Positions 54,659 to 62,876 of a stretch of 64,000 bases of DNA are shown here, piece by piece. The DNA comes from Oscillospiraceae bacterium. GTDB taxonomy: Bacteria > Bacillota > Clostridia > Oscillospirales > Oscillospiraceae. Positions within the stretch are counted from its first letter, which is position 1, and every line of letters starts with the position of its first letter. The notes below the pieces were generated by a model. That model was not told where the DNA came from. It ran no database searches and was given only the letters and a program-made list of their open reading frames with translations. The position numbers were made by a program, and so were the translations under genes. Where the stretch lies: NCBI GenBank assembly GCA_902768805.1, contig CACXMX010000002.1, positions 6,241 to 70,240 of the forward strand, read 5' to 3'.

Positions 54659-55576
54659 ATGAACGTGCGCAAAGTACTGTCTCTCGCGCTGATCCTTCTT
54701 CTGACGTTCACTCTGGCTGTTCCCGCCTTCGCTTCGGTGGACCTGAGCGATCCGCAGTATGTGGTCGACGACGCGAACGTTCTCTCCGCGGAGACGGAGC
54801 AGAAGATCCTCGACACCAACAGGATGCTGTGGGACGAGTGCTCCGGCGCCGAGTTCGTGATCGTCACGGTGAATTATCCTCCCTCCGGACTGGACAATGA
54901 AGAATATGCCCTGAAGATCTTCAACACCTGGCACATCGGCAGCGCCGCGGAAGACAACGGCCTGTTGCTGGTGCTTTACACCGAGGAAGATGATTTCTGG
55001 CTCCAGCCGGGCGACGGCGTTTTCTCCTCTCCCTATGTGGACGAGATCGCCGATCTGGTCTCGGACGACAGCGCGTTTTACACGGCTGTCCTGAAGGACA
55101 AGGACGAGGAGGCTGTTCTCCTGCTGCTCGACGGCGTAACGAAATGGTACCGGCAGCATTACCGCAACTCTTCCCCCGTGCAGTCCTCCGGCTCCGTAAC
55201 GCCCATTTCCAACGGAAGCGACGAGATCAGCGACCTCGGAGCGATCATGATGCTCCTGTTTCTTATCCTGCTCTTCTACGTCATCACTTCTCCCATCCGC
55301 TGCTACAGGCGCTACGGCCGCTTCGGCATCTGGCCCTTTTTCTATTTCTCCCCCTGGTGGCCGACGCGCAGACGCGTCGTGCGCCGTACTGCCTATCGCT
55401 CCGCGCCGTCCCGTCCGTCTTCCTATTCCAGTCCTTCGGGACGCTCCTCCGGCAGCGGTTTCGGCGGAGGACGCTCGAGCGGAGGCGGCTTCGGCGGAGG
55501 TCGCTCTTCCGGCGGCTTCAGCGGCCGTCCGGGCGGCGGAGGCCGTTCCGGCAGCGGCGGGTTCGGCCACAGATGA
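54659..55576 (+). CDS. TPM-domain (YgcG/DUF477-like) protein with a Gly-rich C-terminus
   Basis: 305 aa. Signal/anchor segment, TPM core (YVVDDANVLSAETEQKI...NNGLLLVL), TM segment, then tail GGGRSSGGGFGGGRSSGGFSG. Confidence 0.8.
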   Translation: MNVRKVLSLALILLLTFTLAVPAFASVDLSDPQYVVDDANVLSAETEQKILDTNRMLWDECSGAEFVIVTVNYPPSGLDNEEYALKIFNTWHIGSAAEDNGLLLVLYTEEDDFWLQPGDGVFSSPYVDEIADLVSDDSAFYTAVLKDKDEEAVLLLLDGVTKWYRQHYRNSSPVQSSGSVTPISNGSDEISDLGAIMMLLFLILLFYVITSPIRCYRRYGRFGIWPFFYFSPWWPTRRRVVRRTAYRSAPSRPSSYSSPSGRSSGSGFGGGRSSGGGFGGGRSSGGFSGRPGGGGRSGSGGFGHR

Positions 55577-55648
55577 TCCCCGCTTTTTAACTCACAGGCG
55601 GTCTGCCCCGTTCGCGGACCGCCTTAACCTTTATCGGAGGAGATTGAT

Positions 55649-56119
55649 ATGTCCATAGAGAAAGCGAGAGAGTGTCTTCGCCGCTTCGGCGCCGAGGAGC
55701 GCATCCTCGAGTTTGATGTGTCCAGCGCCACCGTGGACCTGGCGGCAGCGGCTTTGGGAGTGGACGGCGCGCGCATCGCCAAGACTCTGTCTTTTAAAAA
55801 GGACGACGGATGCTTTCTGGTGGTCGCCGCCGGTGACGCGCGCATCGACAACCGCAAATTCAAGGATACGTTTTCCTGCAAGGCGAAAATGCTCACGCCC
55901 GAGGAGGCCGAGTCCATGATCGGTCACTCCGTGGGCGGGGTCTGCCCTTTCGGCCGAAACGAGGGCGTTCCCGTCTGGCTCGACGCTTCGCTGCGCCGGT
56001 TTGACAAGGTCTATCCCGCGGCGGGGAGCTCCAGCAGCGCCATCGAGCTCTCTCTCGATGAGCTGTACGCGTTTTCCGAAGCGTCCGGATGGGTGGATGT
56101 GTGCAGGCTTCCCGAGTAA
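55649..56119 (+). CDS. YbaK/EbsC family aminoacyl-tRNA deacylase-like protein
   Basis: 156 aa. ...IAKTLSFKKDDG.FLVVAAGDARIDNRKFK...GHSVGGVCPFG fits the YbaK/ProX editing domain. Confidence 0.8.
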   Translation: MSIEKARECLRRFGAEERILEFDVSSATVDLAAAALGVDGARIAKTLSFKKDDGCFLVVAAGDARIDNRKFKDTFSCKAKMLTPEEAESMIGHSVGGVCPFGRNEGVPVWLDASLRRFDKVYPAAGSSSSAIELSLDELYAFSEASGWVDVCRLPE

Positions 56120-56136
56120 ATACCGCAGCAGCAAGG

Positions 56137-56173
56137 AAAAAGCTCCCGGCCTTTCGAAGGCCGGGAGCTTTTT
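56137..56173. terminator. bidirectional intrinsic terminator between ybaK-like and EF-G-like genes
   Basis: AAAAAGCTCCCGGCC-TTTCGAA-GGCCGGGAGCTTTTT. Confidence 0.85.
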
Positions 56174-56192
56174 ATCATATCTTGTATGAGGT

Positions 56193-58205
56193 TTATTCCG
56201 CCTCGGCGAGGGCCTTGGCCTCTTCAATGACCTTCTGCTGGACGTTGCCGGGAGCTTCCTCATACCGCACGAACTTGCAGGTAAAGGAGCCGGCGCCCTG
56301 AGTCATCGAGCGCAGATCGATGGTGTAGGTGGACATCTCGGCCATGGGGACCTCAGCCTCGATCGTGGTCATGCCCTCTTCGGCAGGCATGGAGCCCATC
56401 ATGGTGCCGCGGCGCTTGGAGTTGATGTCGCCGATGATGGCGCCCTGATACTCGTCGGGGATCGTAACAAACAGCTGGCCGATGGGCTCCAGGATGGTAG
56501 GCCTGGCCTTGGGGATGCCGTCCTGATAAGCAAGGCGGGCAGCGGTCTGGAAGGCCATATCGTTGGAGTCGACGGGGTGATAGGATCCGTCATAAAGAGT
56601 GGCTTTCAGGCCCACCAGCGGATAACCGGCCAGCACGCCCTTCTGCACTGCGTTGCGCAGGCCCTTTTCCACGCTGGGGAAGAAGTTCTTGGGCACGCTG
56701 CCGCCGAACACTTCCTCGGCAAAAACCATATCGTCGGATTCCTCCTGAGGCTCGAAGCGGATCCACACGTCGCCGAACTGGCCGCTTCCGCCGGACTGCT
56801 TTTTGTGACGGCCGTGAGCCTCGACCTTGCCTTTGATCTTCTCACGGTAGGCAACCCGGGCGGGGAACTGCTCGGTTTCCACATTGTAGAGATTCTTCAG
56901 CTTGGAGCAGAGCACGCTGACCTGGATATCTCCGGCGGCTGTGAGGACCATCTGCCGGGTCTCGGGGTTGTTGACAAGGGTGAAGGAGATATCTTCCTCG
57001 TTCAGCTTGGCGAGGCCGCCGGCGACTTTGTCGTCCTGGCCCTTGGTCTTGGGCGCGATGGCGACGGAATAGAAGGGCTCGGGGATCGCGATGGCGGGCA
57101 GCTCTTCGCCGTCCTTGGCATCGGTCACGGTATCGCCGGTCTTCCAGTCCATTTTGCCCACGGCTACGATATCGCCGCAGCAGGCTTCCTGTACCTCGGT
57201 ATTTTTCTTCCCGCACATGGTGTACAGCCGGCCGAGCTTATCGTTGGAGGAGGCGCGCAGATTGCGCAGGGTCATGGCGGCGGTGATCGTGCCGGAGATG
57301 ACCTTTACGAGGCTGTACTTGCCGAATTTGTCCGAAATGGTCTTGAATACGAAACCGGTGGTCGCGCCGGTCTTTTCCTCGGGAGCCGGGCAGTAGTCCG
57401 CAATGCCCTGAAGGATGGCGGCGGTTCCCACATTGGTCATGGCGTCGCTGGCGAATACCGGAACGACTTCGCGGCTCTTCATGCCTTCCCTGAGGCCTTC
57501 CACGATCTCGCTCTCTTCCAGTTCCAAAGTGTCAAGGAACTTCTCCATCAGCTCCTCGGTGACCGCGGCGGACTCCATGAGCTCGGCGCGCAGCTCCTCG
57601 ACGCGGTCGGCGTCGGCGGCGGGAACGGAGGTTTTCTCGGTTTTGGCGCCCTTCGTGATATAGGCCACATTGTGGACCAGATCGATCACACCGGTACCGT
57701 CGGAGGTGGGAATGGTCACGGGGCAGACGGAGGGGCCGTATTTGCCGCGCAGTGTGGCCAGAGCCTTGAAGAAATCGCCGTGCTCCTCATTGCACTTGGA
57801 GACAACGAACATCGCGGGGAGATTGGCGCCGCGGATGTACTTCCAGGAGCGCTGGGCGCCGACAGCAACGGTATCGGCGGTATCTTTGGCAGATACCACG
57901 ATCACGCCGGTCTCCACGGCACGCAGAGCGCACAGGGCCTCGCCCACAAAGTCGAAGAAGCCCGGGCAGTCGATCACATTGATCTTCGTGCTTCCGAGAG
58001 TGACGGGGGCGACAGACATGGAGATGGTGATCTGACGGGAGATCTCCTCCGCGTCGTAATCGCAGACGGTATTGCCGTCGCTGACCTTTCCGAGCCGGTC
58101 GACAGCGCCGGTCATATAGAGCATGCTCTCGGCGAGACTGGTCTTGCCGCTGTTTCCGTGACCCAGAAGGGCCACGTTCCGGATGTCCTTGGTTGTGTAG
58201 CTCAT
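56193..58205 (-). CDS. elongation factor G family GTPase (paralogue, EF-G2-like)
   Basis: 670 aa. G1 LLGHGNSGKTS (not the AHIDAGKTT of canonical EF-G), DCPGFFDF, and domains II-V recognisable through to the C-terminus. Confidence 0.88.
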   Translation of the reverse strand: MSYTTKDIRNVALLGHGNSGKTSLAESMLYMTGAVDRLGKVSDGNTVCDYDAEEISRQITISMSVAPVTLGSTKINVIDCPGFFDFVGEALCALRAVETGVIVVSAKDTADTVAVGAQRSWKYIRGANLPAMFVVSKCNEEHGDFFKALATLRGKYGPSVCPVTIPTSDGTGVIDLVHNVAYITKGAKTEKTSVPAADADRVEELRAELMESAAVTEELMEKFLDTLELEESEIVEGLREGMKSREVVPVFASDAMTNVGTAAILQGIADYCPAPEEKTGATTGFVFKTISDKFGKYSLVKVISGTITAAMTLRNLRASSNDKLGRLYTMCGKKNTEVQEACCGDIVAVGKMDWKTGDTVTDAKDGEELPAIAIPEPFYSVAIAPKTKGQDDKVAGGLAKLNEEDISFTLVNNPETRQMVLTAAGDIQVSVLCSKLKNLYNVETEQFPARVAYREKIKGKVEAHGRHKKQSGGSGQFGDVWIRFEPQEESDDMVFAEEVFGGSVPKNFFPSVEKGLRNAVQKGVLAGYPLVGLKATLYDGSYHPVDSNDMAFQTAARLAYQDGIPKARPTILEPIGQLFVTIPDEYQGAIIGDINSKRRGTMMGSMPAEEGMTTIEAEVPMAEMSTYTIDLRSMTQGAGSFTCKFVRYEEAPGNVQQKVIEEAKALAEAE

Positions 58206-58268
58206 GAATTCTGTACACTCCTTATATATTCCGTTTTTTTATTCCATAACGATTCGCTATTATACACG

Positions 58269-58297
58269 ATTCGGCATTCTTTGGCAACATTTTTCGA
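58269..58297 (-). promoter_or_regulatory. SigA-type promoter of the EF-G paralogue
   Basis: On the minus strand: TTGCCA (58297-58292), 17-nt spacer, TATAAT (58274-58269). Confidence 0.6.
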
Positions 58298-58310
58298 GAA
58301 TCGTCCGCGG

Positions 58311-60683
58311 CTATTTTTTCAGCAGAGCCCGGCAGGCGAATCCCGGAATCAGCCACGCGAGCATGTACAAAAGCACTCTCGCGGCGCTGACCGCGGCCCA
58401 GTTTCCGCTCCAGCACGGCGCGACAGCCAGCGCCGCGCCGATAACCGCTCCTGCCAGACAGGAGGCCGCTGACAGTCTGCCGCATCGGTGCATCGTTCTT
58501 CCGGTTTCATACAGTTCCACCATTGCCTCCAGTCCCTCCTGCCCCAACAGCCCTGCGGGAGGAACACTTTCATCGGCAGCCGTGTCGATGGCGTATCTCT
58601 CGGGGAAGGTGGGGAAGCGGAATCCCTCGGTGGAGACGTCGAACTCTCTCTGCACGAGCATCGGATCGATATTGAAATCCCGAACGGCGAAAACCGGTCT
58701 GCGGTGTCCCTTTCTCAGGACATAGAGAGCGCGCTGGACCCCTGCCGTAGGCCGGTAATTCAGCAGAAAAACACCCGCCAGTTCACCGTTGAGCGCAGTA
58801 AACAGGGCATTGTTCTCGCGAAGCCTGTCGGGGATCTTCACGCCGCTCAGATGCATGAATCCCGCCGTTCCGACGCGAACCTCCGCCCCGTCAACGGTCC
58901 CCCTGGCTCCTCCCTCTCCGACAGCGAAATCCTCCACCTCGGCGGCTTGGGCCTCATGCTGACGCATGAGTTCGGAAAACACGGGCGCCGTCCCCGTTCC
59001 GGCGGCGGAGAGCATGCTGCCCGTAGCTGAGATCACACGCCGGACATCGGCCTTGTTGAGAACGCGTATACCCGTTATCTCCACCGTATCGACGGGGAAA
59101 ATGTCCTTATCTGTCAGAACAAGGCAGCCGCTCTCCCCCATCTGCCCGGCGCCGAACCATCCGGCCACGGCAGCGCCGTTGTACATAAGATGCCTCGCAG
59201 CGCGGGAAAACAGAAGCGGACAGAACAGCAGCCACCCGAAGGACGCTCCCAAACCGGTGAGAAGTGAAAAAATATGGAAGAAAGCACCGGCGTCACCGGA
59301 ACCGGCGGAGAGGAGCAGCGAGAGGAGCAGCGAGGCTCCCGCGACGGGTAAGAAAGCTTTTCCGGCCAGGCTTTCCGCCGGTCCGGGCTCCTCGCTTCTG
59401 CGGATAAAGCCGGCAGAGGATCCGTGTGCGCTCAGGACGCCGGGTTCATCCAGGCCGGTAAACGTACGGCGGGTCACGACGATCGGGTCCTTGATACGGA
59501 AGCAGGTCATAAAGCTGTCGTAAAATCCGCGTCCGTTCAGCCAGGCGCCCCAAAGAGCGAAAACGGCGGCTGCGGAAGACAGGACCGTGTACGGAAGCCC
59601 ACGCGCCATATTGTCGGTGATCGCTACGGCCGCCGTATCCGCCAGAGCGGCGAGCCCGGCGAGTACGATGAGCGACTCGGCTCCGGGTCTGACGCGCAGC
59701 ACGGACATGACGCCCGAGGTAAAAACATCAAGGCTCAGGAGCATGATCGTGATCTGACCGGCCAGACACACGAGAGCGGCGGCTCGGTCTTTATGCTCCA
59801 GCCCTCCGGGCAGCGGCCAGTCAAAACCGCAGGACAGTGTGATCCACACGAGAAGCAGACAGACGGCGCCCGCGATGATCGCCCTCAGCCGGATCGAAGG
59901 CATCTGTCCGGCGTAATGGCGAGCCGCTTTCCTCGGTTCCATCTCTGTCTCGGGATCCTCGGGATCGGGAGGCGGCTGATTTCTGAACTGTTCGGAGCGG
60001 AGAGAAGCGGCGGCCAGCCTGCCCGCTATTTTGCCTATCGGTCCCCCGTCCGTCCTCCGAGGACGCCTTGATGCCGCTCTGCGGGCAAAAAGAGATTTCC
60101 CGGAAGCGGCCGGTTCTTCCTCTTCTTCCGAAGGGTTTTCATCGGCGTCTTCCGCGCCGGCGGCTTTGCTCTCATCATCCTGCGGCTGCGGCGCCTCCGG
60201 CTCCGGGGCGATGCCGGTATAAAAATCATCGTCGTCTTCCTTCTCGATGTCTGAAAGAGGAACGGATGACCTGTGTTCGGTGTCCACTGCCGGATAACGG
60301 CGTTCCTGGGTCACACGGATAGCCTGCTCCCGCATCTGGGTGAAACGGACGGGAGCCTCCGGAAGCGCCGCGGGCGCCTCGAGTGCTGCTTCCTCATCCG
60401 GAGCGGGAGTATCGTCCGGCTCTCTTTCAGGAGCCGGCGGTGCTTCTTCCGCCGTGCGCTCCGGGACTGTATTCTCCGTATTCTCAGTCTCCGGGAGAGT
60501 GACCTCGTCTCCGGGCGCGTCCTCCGCGGCCGTGTCCGCCGTATATTCGGGCATTTCCCCGGAGGCCTCTTTTCCGCGGGAGCGGTATTCCTCGAGGATC
60601 TCTTCGAGTGAGAGTTCCGCGGTCTCGACGCTTACCTCCGGTCTGCGGCGGGAGCGGCGGGCACGCGGTTTTTTCTTGGCCAT
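58311..60683 (-). CDS. membrane protein with degenerate P1B-type ATPase architecture and an acidic disordered N-terminus
   Basis: 790 aa. The first ~270 residues are Glu/Asp/Pro/Ala-rich after a basic MAKKKPRARRSRRR start. TM segments and cytoplasmic domains then align by eye with CopA-type ATPases. The signature motifs are mutated: CPL for CPC, LTDKDIFP for DKTGTLT, VRDFN for TGDN, and no GDGxND. Confidence 0.7.
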   Translation of the reverse strand: MAKKKPRARRSRRRPEVSVETAELSLEEILEEYRSRGKEASGEMPEYTADTAAEDAPGDEVTLPETENTENTVPERTAEEAPPAPEREPDDTPAPDEEAALEAPAALPEAPVRFTQMREQAIRVTQERRYPAVDTEHRSSVPLSDIEKEDDDDFYTGIAPEPEAPQPQDDESKAAGAEDADENPSEEEEEPAASGKSLFARRAASRRPRRTDGGPIGKIAGRLAAASLRSEQFRNQPPPDPEDPETEMEPRKAARHYAGQMPSIRLRAIIAGAVCLLLVWITLSCGFDWPLPGGLEHKDRAAALVCLAGQITIMLLSLDVFTSGVMSVLRVRPGAESLIVLAGLAALADTAAVAITDNMARGLPYTVLSSAAAVFALWGAWLNGRGFYDSFMTCFRIKDPIVVTRRTFTGLDEPGVLSAHGSSAGFIRRSEEPGPAESLAGKAFLPVAGASLLLSLLLSAGSGDAGAFFHIFSLLTGLGASFGWLLFCPLLFSRAARHLMYNGAAVAGWFGAGQMGESGCLVLTDKDIFPVDTVEITGIRVLNKADVRRVISATGSMLSAAGTGTAPVFSELMRQHEAQAAEVEDFAVGEGGARGTVDGAEVRVGTAGFMHLSGVKIPDRLRENNALFTALNGELAGVFLLNYRPTAGVQRALYVLRKGHRRPVFAVRDFNIDPMLVQREFDVSTEGFRFPTFPERYAIDTAADESVPPAGLLGQEGLEAMVELYETGRTMHRCGRLSAASCLAGAVIGAALAVAPCWSGNWAAVSAARVLLYMLAWLIPGFACRALLKK

Positions 60684-60685
60684 AG

Positions 60686-61462
60686 TTATCCCTCTCGCTT
60701 TTCTGCCGCAAGGCGCTGACGCACCACTTCATAGATCATTACCGCCGCCGAGGCGGAAGCGTTCAATGACGTGACCTTGCCGCGAAGCGGTATGCGGACC
60801 ATAACGTCACAGTTCTCCCGGACGAGCCGGCTAAGTCCAAATCCCTCAGACCCTATGACCAGGCAGATGCTGCCGGTCATGGAGGTGTCCCAAAGCTCGG
60901 CAGGGGCGTCGGCTTCGGCTCCGTATACCCACAGGCCGCGATCCTTCAGTTCGCGGATCGCCGCGGATATATTCGGCACTCTGGCAACGCGAATGTGCTC
61001 GGCCGCTCCCGCGCTCGCTTTATCCACAACGGCCGTGATACCGGCGCTGCGCCGCTTCGGTATGATGACTCCGTGGACCCCGGCGCATTCGGCCGTGCGG
61101 AGGATCGCTCCGAGGTTGTGCGGGTCCGCTATCTCGTCGCAGACCACCACAAAGGGATCCTCTCCCCGCTCTTCGGCGTAAAGAAGGATCTCATCGATCG
61201 TAGAGTATTCACGCATGGCTGCCTGCGCGATCACGCCCTGATGGGCGTGCGTCACACTCATGGAGTCGAGCTTTCTCCGGTCACATTCCGTTACGGGAAT
61301 ACCCTTGTCGCGCGCGCGTGCAATAATACGGCCCAGAGTGCGGTCTGTTTCCCCCCGCGCCACAAACAGCTTATCGATGGTACGTCCCGCACGAAGTGCC
61401 TCCGCAACGGCGTTTCTTCCCTCTATGAGGTCTTCACGGACCGTGTTTTCCTTCTCATCCAT
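60686..61462 (-). CDS. rlmB: 23S rRNA (guanosine2251-2'-O)-methyltransferase (SpoU/TrmH family)
   Basis: 258 aa. EGRNAVAEAL, DPHNLGAILRTAE, LVIGSEGFGLS, IPLRGKVTSLNAS. Confidence 0.9.
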   Translation of the reverse strand: MDEKENTVREDLIEGRNAVAEALRAGRTIDKLFVARGETDRTLGRIIARARDKGIPVTECDRRKLDSMSVTHAHQGVIAQAAMREYSTIDEILLYAEERGEDPFVVVCDEIADPHNLGAILRTAECAGVHGVIIPKRRSAGITAVVDKASAGAAEHIRVARVPNISAAIRELKDRGLWVYGAEADAPAELWDTSMTGSICLVIGSEGFGLSRLVRENCDVMVRIPLRGKVTSLNASASAAVMIYEVVRQRLAAEKREG

Positions 61463-61616
61463 AGAGCAAGCCTCACAAACATACTTTTGAATATTGTATC
61501 ACACTCTTTTATCGGATAAAAGAGCCTTTTGTATTTTTATCGTCCCGCTCCCTGCATCCCCCAGACTTGACCTTTCAGGGGAAAATGAGTATTCTGTTAC
61601 GGGAAAGGAGTTTCCT

Positions 61617-61952
61617 ATGATCTATTACCGTACGATCTCCGGGCGAGGCAAAGAGAACGCCGATTTTGCCGTCGTTACGGAAGACGATTCTCTGGTCCCT
61701 TTCATTCGCGCCGGCGGCAGGGCGCTTCTGCGGCGAACCGCGGAGCTCGGCGACGGAGATATCGGGCTGTTTTACTCACGGGAGGGAATGGTCTTTCGTC
61801 AGTACTGTTCGGACAGCCGGGGAACCGTCTTTCTCTTCAGCATCGACCGCTCACGCAAAAACGAGGATCTTGAGTTTCCCCCCGGGTCGGAGCTGCCCGT
61901 TTGCTATGGAAGGCTGCTGCTCTCCCGCACCCCGGAGCTTCCGCAGGACTGA
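61617..61952 (+). CDS. hypothetical protein (111 aa)
   Basis: ATG 61617 is preceded by AAAGGAG. MIYYRTISGRGKENADFAVVTEDDSLVPFIRAGG... There is a weak resemblance to the beta-rich C-terminal domain of LexA/S24 proteins, without an obvious Ser/Lys dyad. Confidence 0.5.
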   Translation: MIYYRTISGRGKENADFAVVTEDDSLVPFIRAGGRALLRRTAELGDGDIGLFYSREGMVFRQYCSDSRGTVFLFSIDRSRKNEDLEFPPGSELPVCYGRLLLSRTPELPQD

Positions 61953-62006
61953 ACCGCGATCCCACACCCTGCCCTTAGATTTGTTTTTCCGGAAAGGAGA
62001 CCGAAA

Positions 62007-62858
62007 ATGAATTTTTTCATCCGCTGGGCGGACAGATTCTGTGCCCGTCATCCCGGTTTCGGGATCTCGGGACTTATGCGCTGCCTTGTCATCGGCAATG
62101 CGGCCGTCTGGCTGCTGTCGATGATGGACCGGACCGGTACGGTGATCTATTATCTCGCTCTCTACCCGAAAGCAGTGCTTCAGGGGCAGCTGTGGCGTCT
62201 GGTCACGTTCGTATTCATTCCCGCCTCAAGCGGTGTGCTGACGCTGCTGTTCCTGTATTTTTATTATTTCATCGGATCCGTCATGGAACGGGAATGGGGC
62301 AGGGCGAAATTCAGCCTTTACTTCTTTACGGGGATGCTCTTCACGGTCGTGTATTCCTTTGCCGTGTATTTCCTTACGGGCAAAAGCCCGGATCCGTACA
62401 GTGTGGCGGAATATATCTATTTGTCCATGTTTTTCACCTTCGCCACCTATTATCCCGATGTACAGGTCCTGCTTTTCTTTATACTCCCGATCAAAATCAA
62501 ATGGCTCGCGTGGGTCGACGCCGCGTTTTTCGCCTACAGCGTATTCACGCTCCCCTTCCCGAACTCTCTTCTGCCCGTGGTTGCCATACTCAACTACCTT
62601 CTGTTCTGCGGCGACATTCTGTTTTCGTCGTTTGCCCTTCCCCGCATCCGTCAGCAGCGCAAAACCATCCGTTTCAGAAACGAGGCCGCGCGCATACGCC
62701 GCGAACAGGCCGAAAAGCCCTATCGCTTCAAATGCGCCGTCTGCGGCCGGACGGATACGGATCATCCGGAACTGGAGTTCCGCTACTGTTCCCGCTGCGC
62801 CGGCTATCATTGCTTCTGTCAGGAGCATATCAACAATCATATTCATTTCACGGAGTGA
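62007..62858 (+). CDS. rhomboid-like polytopic membrane protein with a C-terminal zinc-ribbon
   Basis: 283 aa. QLWRLVTFVFIP resembles the rhomboid WR motif region. No GxSG catalytic serine motif was seen. The C-terminus is CAVCGRTD...YCSRCAGYHCFCQEHINNH. Confidence 0.65.
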   Translation: MNFFIRWADRFCARHPGFGISGLMRCLVIGNAAVWLLSMMDRTGTVIYYLALYPKAVLQGQLWRLVTFVFIPASSGVLTLLFLYFYYFIGSVMEREWGRAKFSLYFFTGMLFTVVYSFAVYFLTGKSPDPYSVAEYIYLSMFFTFATYYPDVQVLLFFILPIKIKWLAWVDAAFFAYSVFTLPFPNSLLPVVAILNYLLFCGDILFSSFALPRIRQQRKTIRFRNEAARIRREQAEKPYRFKCAVCGRTDTDHPELEFRYCSRCAGYHCFCQEHINNHIHFTE

Positions 62859-62876
62859 TCCCGGAGGTCCTGAACC

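Noticed and set aside
56577-58472. 631-aa plus-strand ORF covering the whole EF-G-paralogue locus
   Set aside because: It is antisense to a frame with unmistakable EF-G motifs. Its translation is Gly/Ala/His/Asp-rich low complexity with no RBS. It is a typical shadow ORF of GC-rich DNA.
61502-61522. 8-bp hairpin CTCTTTTA-TCGGA-TAAAAGAG in the rlmB divergent promoter region, considered as a regulatory element
   Set aside because: It is AT-rich and short, and it overlaps the putative -35 and spacer of an extended -10 promoter (TGATACAAT). I could derive no supporting repeats or conservation from the window alone.
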